Counted from the first letter of the stretch, positions 1-8,452 are shown. The stretch: 64,000 bases of DNA from Ginsengibacter sp. (GCA_039937655.1 JBDTGA010000006.1:20680-84679); one strand, 5' to 3'. A program made the numbers and translations. Notes: generated from the letters alone by a model not told the origin.

Positions 1-254
1 GCACAATACAAATACAATCCGTGACCCGCTTCATCCTGTACTTTGGCAAGTAAGATGGCTTTCCTTCTCAAAGAGGGTGCACGGGTAATCCAATTAGCCT
101 CGGGTAGCATACCCACAATTTCACTGTGAGCGTGTTGACTCATTTGCCGTATCAACGTTTTCCGATAATTATCGGGCATCCAGTCTTTCGGCTCTATCCT
201 TATCTCCTGCTCTATCTTATCGTCAAATATCTTTTGTAATTCTTCTGTATTCAT
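1..254 (-). CDS. paaA: 1,2-phenylacetyl-CoA epoxidase subunit A (PaaA), N-terminal part; the gene runs off the window start
   Basis: Not in the ORF track. My own reverse-strand translation from the ATG at 252-254 gives [83 protein letters not shown]. This is near-identical in pattern to the PaaA N-terminus as I recall it. Confidence 0.85.
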   Translation of the reverse strand, partial: MNTEELQKIFDDKIEQEIRIEPKDWMPDNYRKTLIRQMSQHAHSEIVGMLPEANWITRAPSLRRKAILLAKVQDEAGHGLYLYC

Positions 255-368
255 AATGAAACGTTATACTCAAAGTTACTGATTCCATCAGGGATTCTAT
301 ACAGGGTACCGTTAAATATTGAAAAATAAAAACAATAGTAAATAAAAGATAAAAGCGTTCAGGAATGT

Positions 369-1442
369 TTATTTAATGTCATAATCAACTACCACCTTTT
401 TGCTTCGCGGATGCGACTGGCAGGTGAGAATATACCCGTCTTTCACTTCGCTTTTTTCCAGCCCGTAATTGGCATCCATTTCTACTTCACCCTCAATGAG
501 CTTAGCCTTACAGGTGCAACATACGCCGCCTTTACAAGCGAATGGCAGATCAGCGCCCTCTGCAAGAGCCGCATCAAGGATTACTGCACCATCATAATCA
601 AGTTTAAAATCAAAACTCCTTCCATCTATTTTAACCGTGATGTCGCTTCCTTCTTCAGAAACCTTCTTAACTATAGTTTCTGTTTTGACAATCTTTCGAA
701 CAGGGGTGGTAAATAATTCAAAATGAATTTGTTCGGGCTCGATACCCCAGCCTTCGAGGAAATCTTTGATCGTAAAAATCATTTGCTCAGGACCGCAGAT
801 AAAGAAATCATCAATGATATTAAAATTGATAAGCTTTGACAGGTGATTACACTTAGAAACATCTATTCTCCCATAATTAAAATCAGTTTCTGTTTTTTCC
901 CGGCTCAGAATATGATAAACCCTGAACCTACGGAGGTATTTGTCTTTCAGTGCCTCAATTTCTTCTTTAAAAATAATAGAGTGAAGGTTTTTATTGCCAT
1001 AGACAAGGGTAACTGCACTATGTTCTTCAGTACGAAGAATGGTTTTTATGATAGAAATAACCGGAGTAATCCCGCTTCCGGCAGCAAAGAATACATAATC
1101 TTTTCTGTGGGAAGGATTCACCTTAGTAAAGAAAGCTCCTGTTGGGGGCATTACCTCTAGTACATCCCCTCTTTTAAGTTTCTCATTGGCAAAAGTCGAG
1201 AATAAACCACCTGGAACTTTTTTCACCGCCACTCTCAGCTCATTTTCAAGAGGGCTACTACAGATGGAGTATGATCTTCTGAATTCTTCCCCGTCTGCCA
1301 CGATTTTTATAGTAATATTTTGTCCGTGAGTAAAAGCAAAATCCGTTTGTTCTTCCGCGGGAACATCAAATGCGACCGAAACGCAGTCAGGGGTCTCTTG
1401 TTTTATCTCTTTTACAGTAAGTTTATGAAAATGTAAAGCCAA
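369..1442 (-). CDS. paaE: Phenylacetate-CoA oxygenase/reductase subunit (PaaE/PaaK): FAD/NAD-binding ferredoxin reductase with a C-terminal 2Fe-2S ferredoxin domain
   Basis: 357 aa. It has an RxYS flavin motif (RRSYSICS), a GSGITP NAD motif and the C-terminal plant-type ferredoxin cysteines CKGGVCCTCK...C. It lies directly upstream of paaA. Confidence 0.85.
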   Translation of the reverse strand: MALHFHKLTVKEIKQETPDCVSVAFDVPAEEQTDFAFTHGQNITIKIVADGEEFRRSYSICSSPLENELRVAVKKVPGGLFSTFANEKLKRGDVLEVMPPTGAFFTKVNPSHRKDYVFFAAGSGITPVISIIKTILRTEEHSAVTLVYGNKNLHSIIFKEEIEALKDKYLRRFRVYHILSREKTETDFNYGRIDVSKCNHLSKLINFNIIDDFFICGPEQMIFTIKDFLEGWGIEPEQIHFELFTTPVRKIVKTETIVKKVSEEGSDITVKIDGRSFDFKLDYDGAVILDAALAEGADLPFACKGGVCCTCKAKLIEGEVEMDANYGLEKSEVKDGYILTCQSHPRSKKVVVDYDIK

Positions 1443-1792
1443 GTGATATTATTTTAAAATGTCTGTAAAGTTACGCCAACAATGGCTTTGGATTATTGTC
1501 TTTTTAAAAAATTACCGTTTACGTAAGGGTTTGGAACATTCAACTATTACAATGCTCTTGAGTGCGAGCTGGAAAATAATAAAAAAGGTATCACCCGTTA
1601 CCGGGAAGGAACCATTTAAATCTTTCTACTTTTTATCAATTATCAAGTTAGCCTTTCCTCAACCCATTACCCGATTAAATGGGGTCTCTGGTGGTGTTTG
1701 ACAGCTATCTTTCAATTTTATCATACCATTTTGAAATTCATCATCAATAAGAGGTTAGAATCCCTAATTTTGCAGGCCAAAATGGTTTGTAT

Positions 1793-2680
1793 ATGCAATT
1801 ACATTCAATAGATACGGTAGAGAATATATCGCCCGAAGATTTCAAAAATAATTACTATATCCCGAATAGGCCATTGGTAATTACAGGGCTTGCAAAAGAA
1901 TGGCCTGCTTTTAAAAAATGGAACTGGGATTATTTTAAGGAAATAGTAGGCGATAAAAAAGTAGGTCTTTACAACAATGTAAAGAGCGATGCTTATACAC
2001 CTATCAATACGGCGGACGATTATAAAACTTTCGCCGAATATGTGGACATGATTCAGAAGGGGCCGGCTGCATGGCGTATCTTTCTCTTTAATATTTTTGA
2101 CCATGCGCCACAACTTATCAATGATTTTACATGGCCGGAACACTTGATGAAAGGCTTTGTGAAGAAATATCCCATGCTTTTTACAGGTGGCGAATCGTCT
2201 ATTACACACATGCATTTCGACATAGACCTCTCCCACATATTGCATACACAATTTGCAGGGCGTAAAAGAGTATTGCTCTTTCGTCATGAAGAACAACATA
2301 AATTATACAGAAAACCTTTTGAGGTATTGAGCCTTGCTGACTTCTCAAACTATAGTAAGAATAATGGCACTCCGGATTATGAAAAATTTCCCGCGCTGAA
2401 ATATGCCACAGGATATGATTTGATCTTGAATCCGGGCGACACACTTTTTATGCCTGCAGGATACTGGCACCACATGGAATATATTGACTGTGGTTTTGCC
2501 ATGAGCTTACGTGCACTTCAAAGTTCACTTTCCGGCAAAGCCAGAGGTGTATGGAACCTCTTTGGCATGAGAAGTATTGATACCGTTTTAAAAAAGACAG
2601 CCCCAAAATGGTGGTACGATTATAAAATCAAAAAAACTGACCTGTTTGCTTCCCGTGAGTTAGAGAAATTTTCAAACTAA
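1793..2680 (+). CDS. JmjC/cupin-like (cupin_8) domain protein, putative 2-oxoglutarate/Fe(II) oxygenase
   Basis: 295 aa from the first ATG; the track ORF starts 6 nt earlier at TTG. The HxD...H pattern (HMHFD ... YWHHM) and overall layout are typical of bacterial JmjC-like cupins. Confidence 0.7.
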   Translation: MQLHSIDTVENISPEDFKNNYYIPNRPLVITGLAKEWPAFKKWNWDYFKEIVGDKKVGLYNNVKSDAYTPINTADDYKTFAEYVDMIQKGPAAWRIFLFNIFDHAPQLINDFTWPEHLMKGFVKKYPMLFTGGESSITHMHFDIDLSHILHTQFAGRKRVLLFRHEEQHKLYRKPFEVLSLADFSNYSKNNGTPDYEKFPALKYATGYDLILNPGDTLFMPAGYWHHMEYIDCGFAMSLRALQSSLSGKARGVWNLFGMRSIDTVLKKTAPKWWYDYKIKKTDLFASRELEKFSN

Positions 2681-2798
2681 CCACCAAAAAATTGTTTTTA
2701 TCAATAAATAATTACTAATTTAGCATTCCATCCTTTCTTTCCTTTTCCTATCAGTAAAAAAGACCAACCAACACTCCAATAGCCGTAATTAAGTATAA

Positions 2799-3128
2799 TT
2801 AAGGTAGGAATTTGTGTACAATCATTTTTAATATATAATTACCTATTTGTAAATTTTTTTCAAGAAAATCCATAAATTTTTCTTGTGGTTTCAGAGGTAA
2901 GCAAGGCCGGTGATTTTTATCACTGGCCGTTTTTTTAAACTCTTTCAGTTGCTCTACAATACATTTATTATCGAAATAAAATCTCCTGTATGCTTTTAAA
3001 AAAAGTTTATTGGGACCAGCGAGGCTTGGCCACAATTGAAAAAGTAAAGACTTTCCTAATTTAAAGAGATTTCTAATGTGGTTGTCTGAGGAATTATAAT
3101 TTGCAAATTTCCCTATTTCACAATTCAT
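2799..3128 (-). CDS. Hypothetical protein (109 aa), weak call
   Basis: The ORF fills most of an otherwise empty gap and has no recognisable motif. Confidence 0.3.
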   Translation of the reverse strand: MNCEIGKFANYNSSDNHIRNLFKLGKSLLFQLWPSLAGPNKLFLKAYRRFYFDNKCIVEQLKEFKKTASDKNHRPCLPLKPQEKFMDFLEKNLQIGNYILKMIVHKFLP

Positions 3129-3180
3129 ATACCTTCACATTACCCTGTATGTAGTAACTTTGATGTCCTAATTTTTAGAA

Positions 3181-4215
3181 ATGAACGACATTGCTATAGC
3201 TCCGAAAACATTAACCGCAAAGGATTTTGCAACCGACCAGGAAGTGCGTTGGTGTCCCGGTTGCGGAGATTATTCTATATTGGCACAAGTACAAAAGGTG
3301 TTTCCCACTTTAGGAATACCACGGGAGAATTTTGTGATCATCTCCGGAATTGGCTGTAGCAGCCGTTTTCCCTATTATATGAATACCTATGGCATGCACA
3401 GCATTCATGGAAGGGCCACCGCCATTGCCAGTGGATTAAAAGCTACCCGCCCCGAATTAAGTATATGGATCGTAACGGGCGATGGTGACTGTTTAAGTAT
3501 TGGAGGAAATCACACAATTCATTTATTACGGCGGAATTTTGATGTGAACGTATTGCTTTTTAATAATGAGATCTACGGATTAACGAAGGGACAATACTCT
3601 CCTACCAGTGAACAGAAAAAGATTACCAAGAGTTCTCCAATGGGCAGCATAGACCATCCATTCAATCCGGCAGCTCTTGCTTTGGGAGCAGATGCTACTT
3701 TTGTAGCACGTACAATGGATAGGGATCCAAAACATTTACAGGAAATGCTGTTAAGATCAGCACATCACAAAGGTTCCTCTTTTCTTGAAATTTATCAGAA
3801 CTGTAATATTTTCAATGACGGTGCATTTGAGATCTTCACAGATAAAAAATCAAAAACCGAAGAAACACTATTTTTCGTACAAGGCCAGCCACTGGTCTTC
3901 GGAGCAGAAAAAAATAAGGGAATCCGGCTGAACGGATTGAAACCGGAAGTAGTAGAGCTAAATGGAAATGTAAGCGAGAATGACCTGTGGATTCACGATG
4001 AAAAAGATTTTTACAAAGCGCAGATACTTACAAGGTTTTTTGATGATCCAAAACTGGAACATCATTTTCCTCGCCCTTTCGGTGTTTTTTACGAAGGAGA
4101 AAGGCCCTGTTATGAAGATATCATGACGGGTCAAATCGCTGAAGCGAAATCAAAAAGTGAAGGAGAATTAGACAGACTGTTTCGGGGGAAAGAAGTCTGG
4201 ACTATTACGGAATAA
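3181..4215 (+). CDS. korB: 2-oxoglutarate/2-oxoacid:ferredoxin oxidoreductase beta subunit (TPP-binding)
   Basis: 344 aa. It has the N-terminal RWCPGCGDYSIL motif and a GDGD TPP-binding region (VTGDGDCLSIGGNH), the usual KorB size and pattern. Confidence 0.85.
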   Translation: MNDIAIAPKTLTAKDFATDQEVRWCPGCGDYSILAQVQKVFPTLGIPRENFVIISGIGCSSRFPYYMNTYGMHSIHGRATAIASGLKATRPELSIWIVTGDGDCLSIGGNHTIHLLRRNFDVNVLLFNNEIYGLTKGQYSPTSEQKKITKSSPMGSIDHPFNPAALALGADATFVARTMDRDPKHLQEMLLRSAHHKGSSFLEIYQNCNIFNDGAFEIFTDKKSKTEETLFFVQGQPLVFGAEKNKGIRLNGLKPEVVELNGNVSENDLWIHDEKDFYKAQILTRFFDDPKLEHHFPRPFGVFYEGERPCYEDIMTGQIAEAKSKSEGELDRLFRGKEVWTITE

Positions 4216-4220
4216 AAAAG

Positions 4221-4466
4221 TCAGTTCTTGTTATTCAGGAAAACGAAAGGTTTTAATACTTTGTTTCCGAGCGTCTCGCTAACCACCATCTTCTTTGAAG
4301 ATACCTTGTAGGTGTTTACATTAATTACTTCATAAACCGTAACAAGATTTTCAATCTTCTCAACATAGAATAGCATTTCGTGCAGAAGTTCTACTTCATG
4401 TTCGATTGATTGGGGATTAGACTTCTCTTTGAACAAGACCAACAAATCACGATTGAATTTGTCCAT
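4221..4466 (-). CDS. Hypothetical small protein (81 aa)
   Basis: The ORF starts 12 nt after the stop of the upstream mini-ORF at 4479-4604 on the same strand. No motif recognised. Confidence 0.4.
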   Translation of the reverse strand: MDKFNRDLLVLFKEKSNPQSIEHEVELLHEMLFYVEKIENLVTVYEVINVNTYKVSSKKMVVSETLGNKVLKPFVFLNNKN

Positions 4467-4478
4467 TTTGATTGGTTT

Positions 4479-4604
4479 TTAATAGCCCACCATGCCAGTC
4501 TTTGCAGGACACCCACATTTGTTCTTGCGTGAAGCACTACAACTCATTGCAACAACAGACAGAATCACCAGTAAAACTAACAAGGACTTGGTTATGTTTT
4601 TCAT
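4479..4604 (-). CDS. Putative 41-aa exported or lipoprotein-like peptide, below the ORF-track cutoff
   Basis: My own translation is MKNITKSLLVLLVILSVVAMSCSASRKNKCGCPAKTGMVGY. It has a hydrophobic signal-like N-terminus, a lipobox-like AMSC and a Cys-rich basic tail. Confidence 0.4.
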   Translation of the reverse strand: MKNITKSLLVLLVILSVVAMSCSASRKNKCGCPAKTGMVGY

Positions 4605-4735
4605 TACAGTATATTGAGAGATATGTTTTTAATAAACAAACGCTTTTGTTACCGTTTACTAAATGAGTCATACCAATTAATAAATCATAACACCAAATTA
4701 AACTATTTTCACCAATAAATATTGCAAACTTTTTG

Positions 4736-5860
4736 ATGAGTGAAAATAATTTTAACAACCACAATTATACACTCCGTGTTTTAATAGCCCCGCTCGATTG
4801 GGGATTGGGGCATGCAACTCGCTGTATTCCAATTATTAATGATCTCATGGAAAAGGGTTGTGAAGTGTGGATCGCAGCCGACAAACAGGTGCTTTCGTTA
4901 TTAGAAAAAGAATTCCCTTATGCAGTATTTTTACGGTGCAAAGGCTACGAAATCAGGTACAGCAAGCAGAAAAGATTTCTCTCATTAAAAATTATCTCAC
5001 AGATACCCCACCTGTTTTTTTCAATATGGCATGAAAAAGAATGGTTGAAAAAGATGATAAAAGAGTACAGTATTGATGCAGTGATTTCTGATAATCGTTT
5101 TGGAATGCACAACAAAAAAATCCCATCTATTTACATTACTCATCAGCTTTGTATCAAAACAGGGAATAGGATCAGTGATTTTTTTGCTCGAAAAATTCAT
5201 TCCTGCTTTATTAAAAAATATACTCAATGCTGGGTTCCGGATTCTGAGAAATACGAATTGGCGGGAGAACTTTCTCACCCGGGAAAAGTACCTCCCAATA
5301 CTGTTTACATAGGTCCGTTATCAAGATTTTCCCCACTTACACCAGCTCACAAAAACTATGATCTGCTCATCACCATTTCTGGCCCCGAGCCCCAACGAAC
5401 TATTTTCGAAAGAACTCTATTGAAAGAGCTGGAAAGTTTTTCGGGGACCGCTTTTTTGATAAGAGGCTTGCCCGGCGAGCACAATGTATTATCCTTCTCT
5501 AATAAATTTGTAACGATCGTGAACCATCTTCCCGCAAAGGAATTAAACAGGATAATAGAACAATCCGAAATGATCATAAGTAGAAGCGGTTACACCTCTG
5601 TGATGGATTTGGCTGCGTTGAACAAGCATGCTATTTTGATCCCTACTCCCGGGCAAACGGAACAGGAATATCTAGCGAAGTATTTATACGAAAAAAGATT
5701 TTTTTATTCTACAGAAGAAGAAAATTTTTCGCTCAAAAAAGTATTAGAAGACGTGAAGGATTTTGAGTTTAGAAGTATTCCGGTTTCGCACGATGACTAC
5801 AGGAAAACAATTGATGAATTTGTGCTGTCATTAAAAACATTGAAATTTGCACCTCAATAA
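4736..5860 (+). CDS. Glycosyltransferase, GT28/MGT (MurG- or UDP-glucuronosyltransferase-like) family
   Basis: 374 aa. The N-terminal glycine-rich loop (PLDWGLGHATRC) and the C-terminal RSGYTSVMD...PTPGQTEQEYLA region are typical of GT-B family 28-like enzymes. Confidence 0.75.
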   Translation: MSENNFNNHNYTLRVLIAPLDWGLGHATRCIPIINDLMEKGCEVWIAADKQVLSLLEKEFPYAVFLRCKGYEIRYSKQKRFLSLKIISQIPHLFFSIWHEKEWLKKMIKEYSIDAVISDNRFGMHNKKIPSIYITHQLCIKTGNRISDFFARKIHSCFIKKYTQCWVPDSEKYELAGELSHPGKVPPNTVYIGPLSRFSPLTPAHKNYDLLITISGPEPQRTIFERTLLKELESFSGTAFLIRGLPGEHNVLSFSNKFVTIVNHLPAKELNRIIEQSEMIISRSGYTSVMDLAALNKHAILIPTPGQTEQEYLAKYLYEKRFFYSTEEENFSLKKVLEDVKDFEFRSIPVSHDDYRKTIDEFVLSLKTLKFAPQ

Positions 5861-5866
5861 TCTATT

Positions 5867-6757
5867 TTGAATTCACAACTGAAGGCACATCTGGGGCTGC
5901 TGGGCACTAATCTCTTCTTTGCAATTAATTATAGCGCTATAAAATATTTCACGCACAATCATTATGCAGGCCCTTTTGGAATCAATATTATACGGCTAGC
6001 AATCAGCCTCATTTTATTCTGGACCTTATTTTTATTCAGCAGGCCTGTTACAAAACTTCAGCGTAAAGACATTCCTGCCTTTCTTCTTTGTGCAATTACA
6101 GCTATTGGTCTCAATCAAATGTTGTTTATAAAAGGCCTTGCCTTTACTTTCCCCATTCATGCGGCGCTTCTTACTTTGACCACACCAATACTTATCACCA
6201 TCATTGCAGCAAGGGTACTGAGAGAGAAAATCACGATCGGCAAATCTTTTGGTCTATTGCTCGGAGCTTTGGGTGCAGGTTTATTAATTGGAAACAGGGT
6301 AGTGAGCCCTCCGGGTGAAGATGCTACACTCGGTGACATTTTAGTCATTTTAAGTTCCATTGCCTACACCTTTTACTTCATACTGGTAAAGCCTCTCATG
6401 AAAAAATATTCTCCGGTACAGGTGATCCGATGGATCTTTACATTTGGTTTTTTTATGACTCTACCATTTTGTTTTGAAGAGTTTTCAGCTATTACCTGGC
6501 AGGTTTTCACGCCAAAAGACTGGTTTCTATTGTTTCTTATCGTAGTACCGGGAACCTTTTTTGCTTATATATTCAATGTATATGGGATCCAAAAGCTAAG
6601 CGCTTCAACGGCGGGAATTTATATTTATTCGCAACCTGTTTTCGCAGTGGCGATTGCGATGATCTTTTTAAAAGAAGAACTATCACTCTCTAAGATCATT
6701 GCCGCCGCATTGATTTTTTCAGGTGTGTTCTTGTCAAACAGAAAGAAAGATGATTGA
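5867..6757 (+). CDS. EamA/DMT-family transporter (10-TM permease)
   Basis: 296 aa, hydrophobic throughout, with two EamA-like halves. It has a non-ATG (TTG) start 7 nt after the glycosyltransferase stop. Confidence 0.8.
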   Translation: MNSQLKAHLGLLGTNLFFAINYSAIKYFTHNHYAGPFGINIIRLAISLILFWTLFLFSRPVTKLQRKDIPAFLLCAITAIGLNQMLFIKGLAFTFPIHAALLTLTTPILITIIAARVLREKITIGKSFGLLLGALGAGLLIGNRVVSPPGEDATLGDILVILSSIAYTFYFILVKPLMKKYSPVQVIRWIFTFGFFMTLPFCFEEFSAITWQVFTPKDWFLLFLIVVPGTFFAYIFNVYGIQKLSASTAGIYIYSQPVFAVAIAMIFLKEELSLSKIIAAALIFSGVFLSNRKKDD

Positions 6758-6765
6758 CGGGCTGA

Positions 6766-7242
6766 TTAATCACGATCTTCACTCACACGTACACTTCTGT
6801 TAAAGCTTTCAGCAAGAGAGATCAATGTTTCGGTACGCTCAATCCCTTTTATTTTTTGAAGGTCGTCGTGAAGCACACGACGAAGCTGGTTAATATCTTT
6901 ACAGACAACTTCTATGTACATGCTATAATTTCCTGTTGTATAATTAAGACGTATGATCTCAGGAATCTTCTCAAGTTCTTTGGCTACAGCATCATAAAGT
7001 GAACTTTTTTCAAGGAAAATTCCTACAAAAGCAGTAATATCATACCCAAGTTGATTGAGATTTACTTTTAATTTTTTTCCTTTAACGATACCTAATTCCT
7101 CTAATTTTTTTATTCTTACATGAATGGTACCACCGCTCACAAAAAGTTTCTTACCCAGCTCGGCATAAGGCGTTTCCGCATTTTCGAGCATTTCTTGAAT
7201 AATTTTCAAATCTAATTTATCAATGCTTAACTTAGCTGCCAT
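6766..7242 (-). CDS. Lrp/AsnC-family transcriptional regulator
   Basis: 158 aa with an N-terminal HTH (LDLKIIQEMLENAETPYAELGKKLFVSGGTIHVRIKKLEE) and a C-terminal RAM/AsnC_trans_reg domain. Confidence 0.85.
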   Translation of the reverse strand: MAAKLSIDKLDLKIIQEMLENAETPYAELGKKLFVSGGTIHVRIKKLEELGIVKGKKLKVNLNQLGYDITAFVGIFLEKSSLYDAVAKELEKIPEIIRLNYTTGNYSMYIEVVCKDINQLRRVLHDDLQKIKGIERTETLISLAESFNRSVRVSEDRD

Positions 7243-7330
7243 AATTAATTTATATTTTAGATGAAAATTACAATAATACTAAATTTTTTAGATAAAATCT
7301 AAATTTTAATCATTTTAATTAAAATATTTT

Positions 7331-7358
7331 TTTGATATTGGCATTATTATTAGATTTG
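7331..7358 (+). promoter_or_regulatory. Bacteroidota-type promoter candidate for the tRNA-like gene
   Basis: TAGATTTG at 7351-7358 matches the TAnnTTTG -7 consensus. TTTG at 7331-7334 is a possible -33 element. The predicted TSS is about 7365. Confidence 0.4.
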
Positions 7359-7380
7359 CATCATAATCGTTCTTTAACAT

Positions 7381-7552
7381 TGTGGGGTGATGAAATTTTT
7401 GGCAGACATGCCCTCTTGTCTCGGGGGTGAGGATCACAGGATAAACATAGCATAGAGCCGGATTGATAGCAATATCAGTCCGACCAGGGTCGACCACTGA
7501 ACTTTGTGTTATGGCTAACTGCCTCGTGAAGGTTCGAACCCTTCCCCTACAG
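7381..7552 (+). ncRNA. tRNA-Asp-like RNA (anticodon GUC) with a ~100-nt structured insertion at the variable-arm position; not a canonical tRNA
   Basis: Hand-folded cloverleaf. The acceptor 7381-7387/7545-7551 is 7 bp with one G-U. U8 is present. The D arm is 7390-7393/7406-7409 with GG in the loop. The anticodon stem 7411-7415/7423-7427 is 5 bp with loop UUGUCUC. The T arm GAAGG-UUCGAAC-CCUUC is at 7528-7544, and the discriminator is G7552. The 7428-7527 insert is closed by a 5-bp helix (7428-7432/7522-7526) and holds a 10-bp GCAA-capped hairpin (7459-7482). Confidence 0.6.
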
Positions 7553-7558
7553 CTTTTA

Positions 7559-7596
7559 AAAAAGCCTTTGTACCATCCTACAAAGGCTTTTTTATT
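7559..7596 (+). terminator. Rho-independent terminator immediately after the tRNA-like gene
   Basis: A 12-bp stem AAAGCCTTTGTA / TACAAAGGCTTT (7561-7572 / 7579-7590) with loop CCATCC, followed by a T-run. An A-run upstream makes it potentially bidirectional. Confidence 0.75.
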
Positions 7597-7724
7597 TGGG
7601 TGATCTATTTACTCTGATCCTATCAAATAATTTTTATAAAAAAGATTGTATCAGGCTATCTTGCATTTTCTTTTCCCTTTATTGACCGAAAGCGTATCTC
7701 GGTTGATTATAATAAATCGTTTGA

Positions 7725-8339
7725 ATGTTCAGTATCATTACCGGTAGTATTATTTTGAGTCTTTTGCATGCTACTATTCCCAATCATTGGTTACCGGTAA
7801 TAGCCATCGGCAAAAAAGAAAAATGGTCGGTATCTGAAGTTACACAAGTCACTTTTATTTCTGCAGTAGCACATGGATTGAGCACCGTCATCATAGGATT
7901 TATACTGGGATTCCTGGGCGCGCAGCTTGCGGATAGAATCGAGTATTTCACTCATTTCATAGCACCCGTTATACTCATTTTACTTGGGCTGCTTTTCATT
8001 TACCGCCATCACCATCACAAGCACTTCCACCTTGATGATAATATTAAAAAGAAGCTATCTAAAAAGAAAATTATTATAGCATTGGTGCTGGCCATGTTCT
8101 TATCTCCCTGTATGGAAATTGAAGCGTATTTTTTACTGGCAGGTACACAGGCCAAATGGCTTATCTGGTTTATTGCCGCATTATACCTGATCATCACTAC
8201 AGCAGGAATGGTTATCCTCGTGAGAGTGGCCTATCTTGGTATATTAAAACTGAACTGGCATTCATTGGAGCACAATGCAGGAATTATCACTGGTATTACC
8301 CTTGTAGCAACAGGAATACTGGCCTTTTTTATTCATTAA
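7725..8339 (+). CDS. NicO/RcnA-like metal (Ni/Co) transporter family membrane protein with a His-rich loop
   Basis: 204 aa with about 6 TM segments. TM1 carries LLHATIPNHW (H-x4-P-x-H type, compare RcnA LHGLEPGH). The central loop is RHHHHKHFH, and an SPC motif sits in TM4. Family assignment is from recalled RcnA architecture only. Confidence 0.6.
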   Translation: MFSIITGSIILSLLHATIPNHWLPVIAIGKKEKWSVSEVTQVTFISAVAHGLSTVIIGFILGFLGAQLADRIEYFTHFIAPVILILLGLLFIYRHHHHKHFHLDDNIKKKLSKKKIIIALVLAMFLSPCMEIEAYFLLAGTQAKWLIWFIAALYLIITTAGMVILVRVAYLGILKLNWHSLEHNAGIITGITLVATGILAFFIH

Positions 8340-8452
8340 AAGAGTTTTTGAAACCGGCAGCAGATATGGGAAAAGCAAATGAGAAACACGCAATATTTCA
8401 TTTCTTTGTGTGTTTTCTTTTTAGCGCTTAAGTTTGCATCTATTTTTATAAA

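Noticed and set aside
1459-1701. Intergenic ORFs listed in the track: 1459-1701, 23109-23474, 7315-7497, 52414-52614 and 4472-4666.
   Set aside because: They are short and motif-free, and they sit in promoter or RNA regions or overlap better-supported features. I did not call them as genes.
7381-7552. Cobalamin riboswitch controlling the downstream metal transporter. GGUGAGGAUCAC resembles GGUGAGAAUCC, and GACCACUGAA resembles the GCCACUG region.
   Set aside because: The highly conserved GGGAA block and the AGYCMGGAGACCKGCC B12 box are absent. The element also folds completely and in register as a tRNA cloverleaf, which explains the T-loop-like motif.
7381-7552. tmRNA (ssrA), because of the tRNA-like acceptor and T arm.
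   Set aside because: It is only about 170 nt, against about 400 nt for Bacteroidota tmRNA. It has a genuine anticodon arm. I found no tag reading frame ending in Ala-Ala-stop, no G3-U70/A73 alanine identity in the 12-bp-stack register, and no 5' GGGG start.
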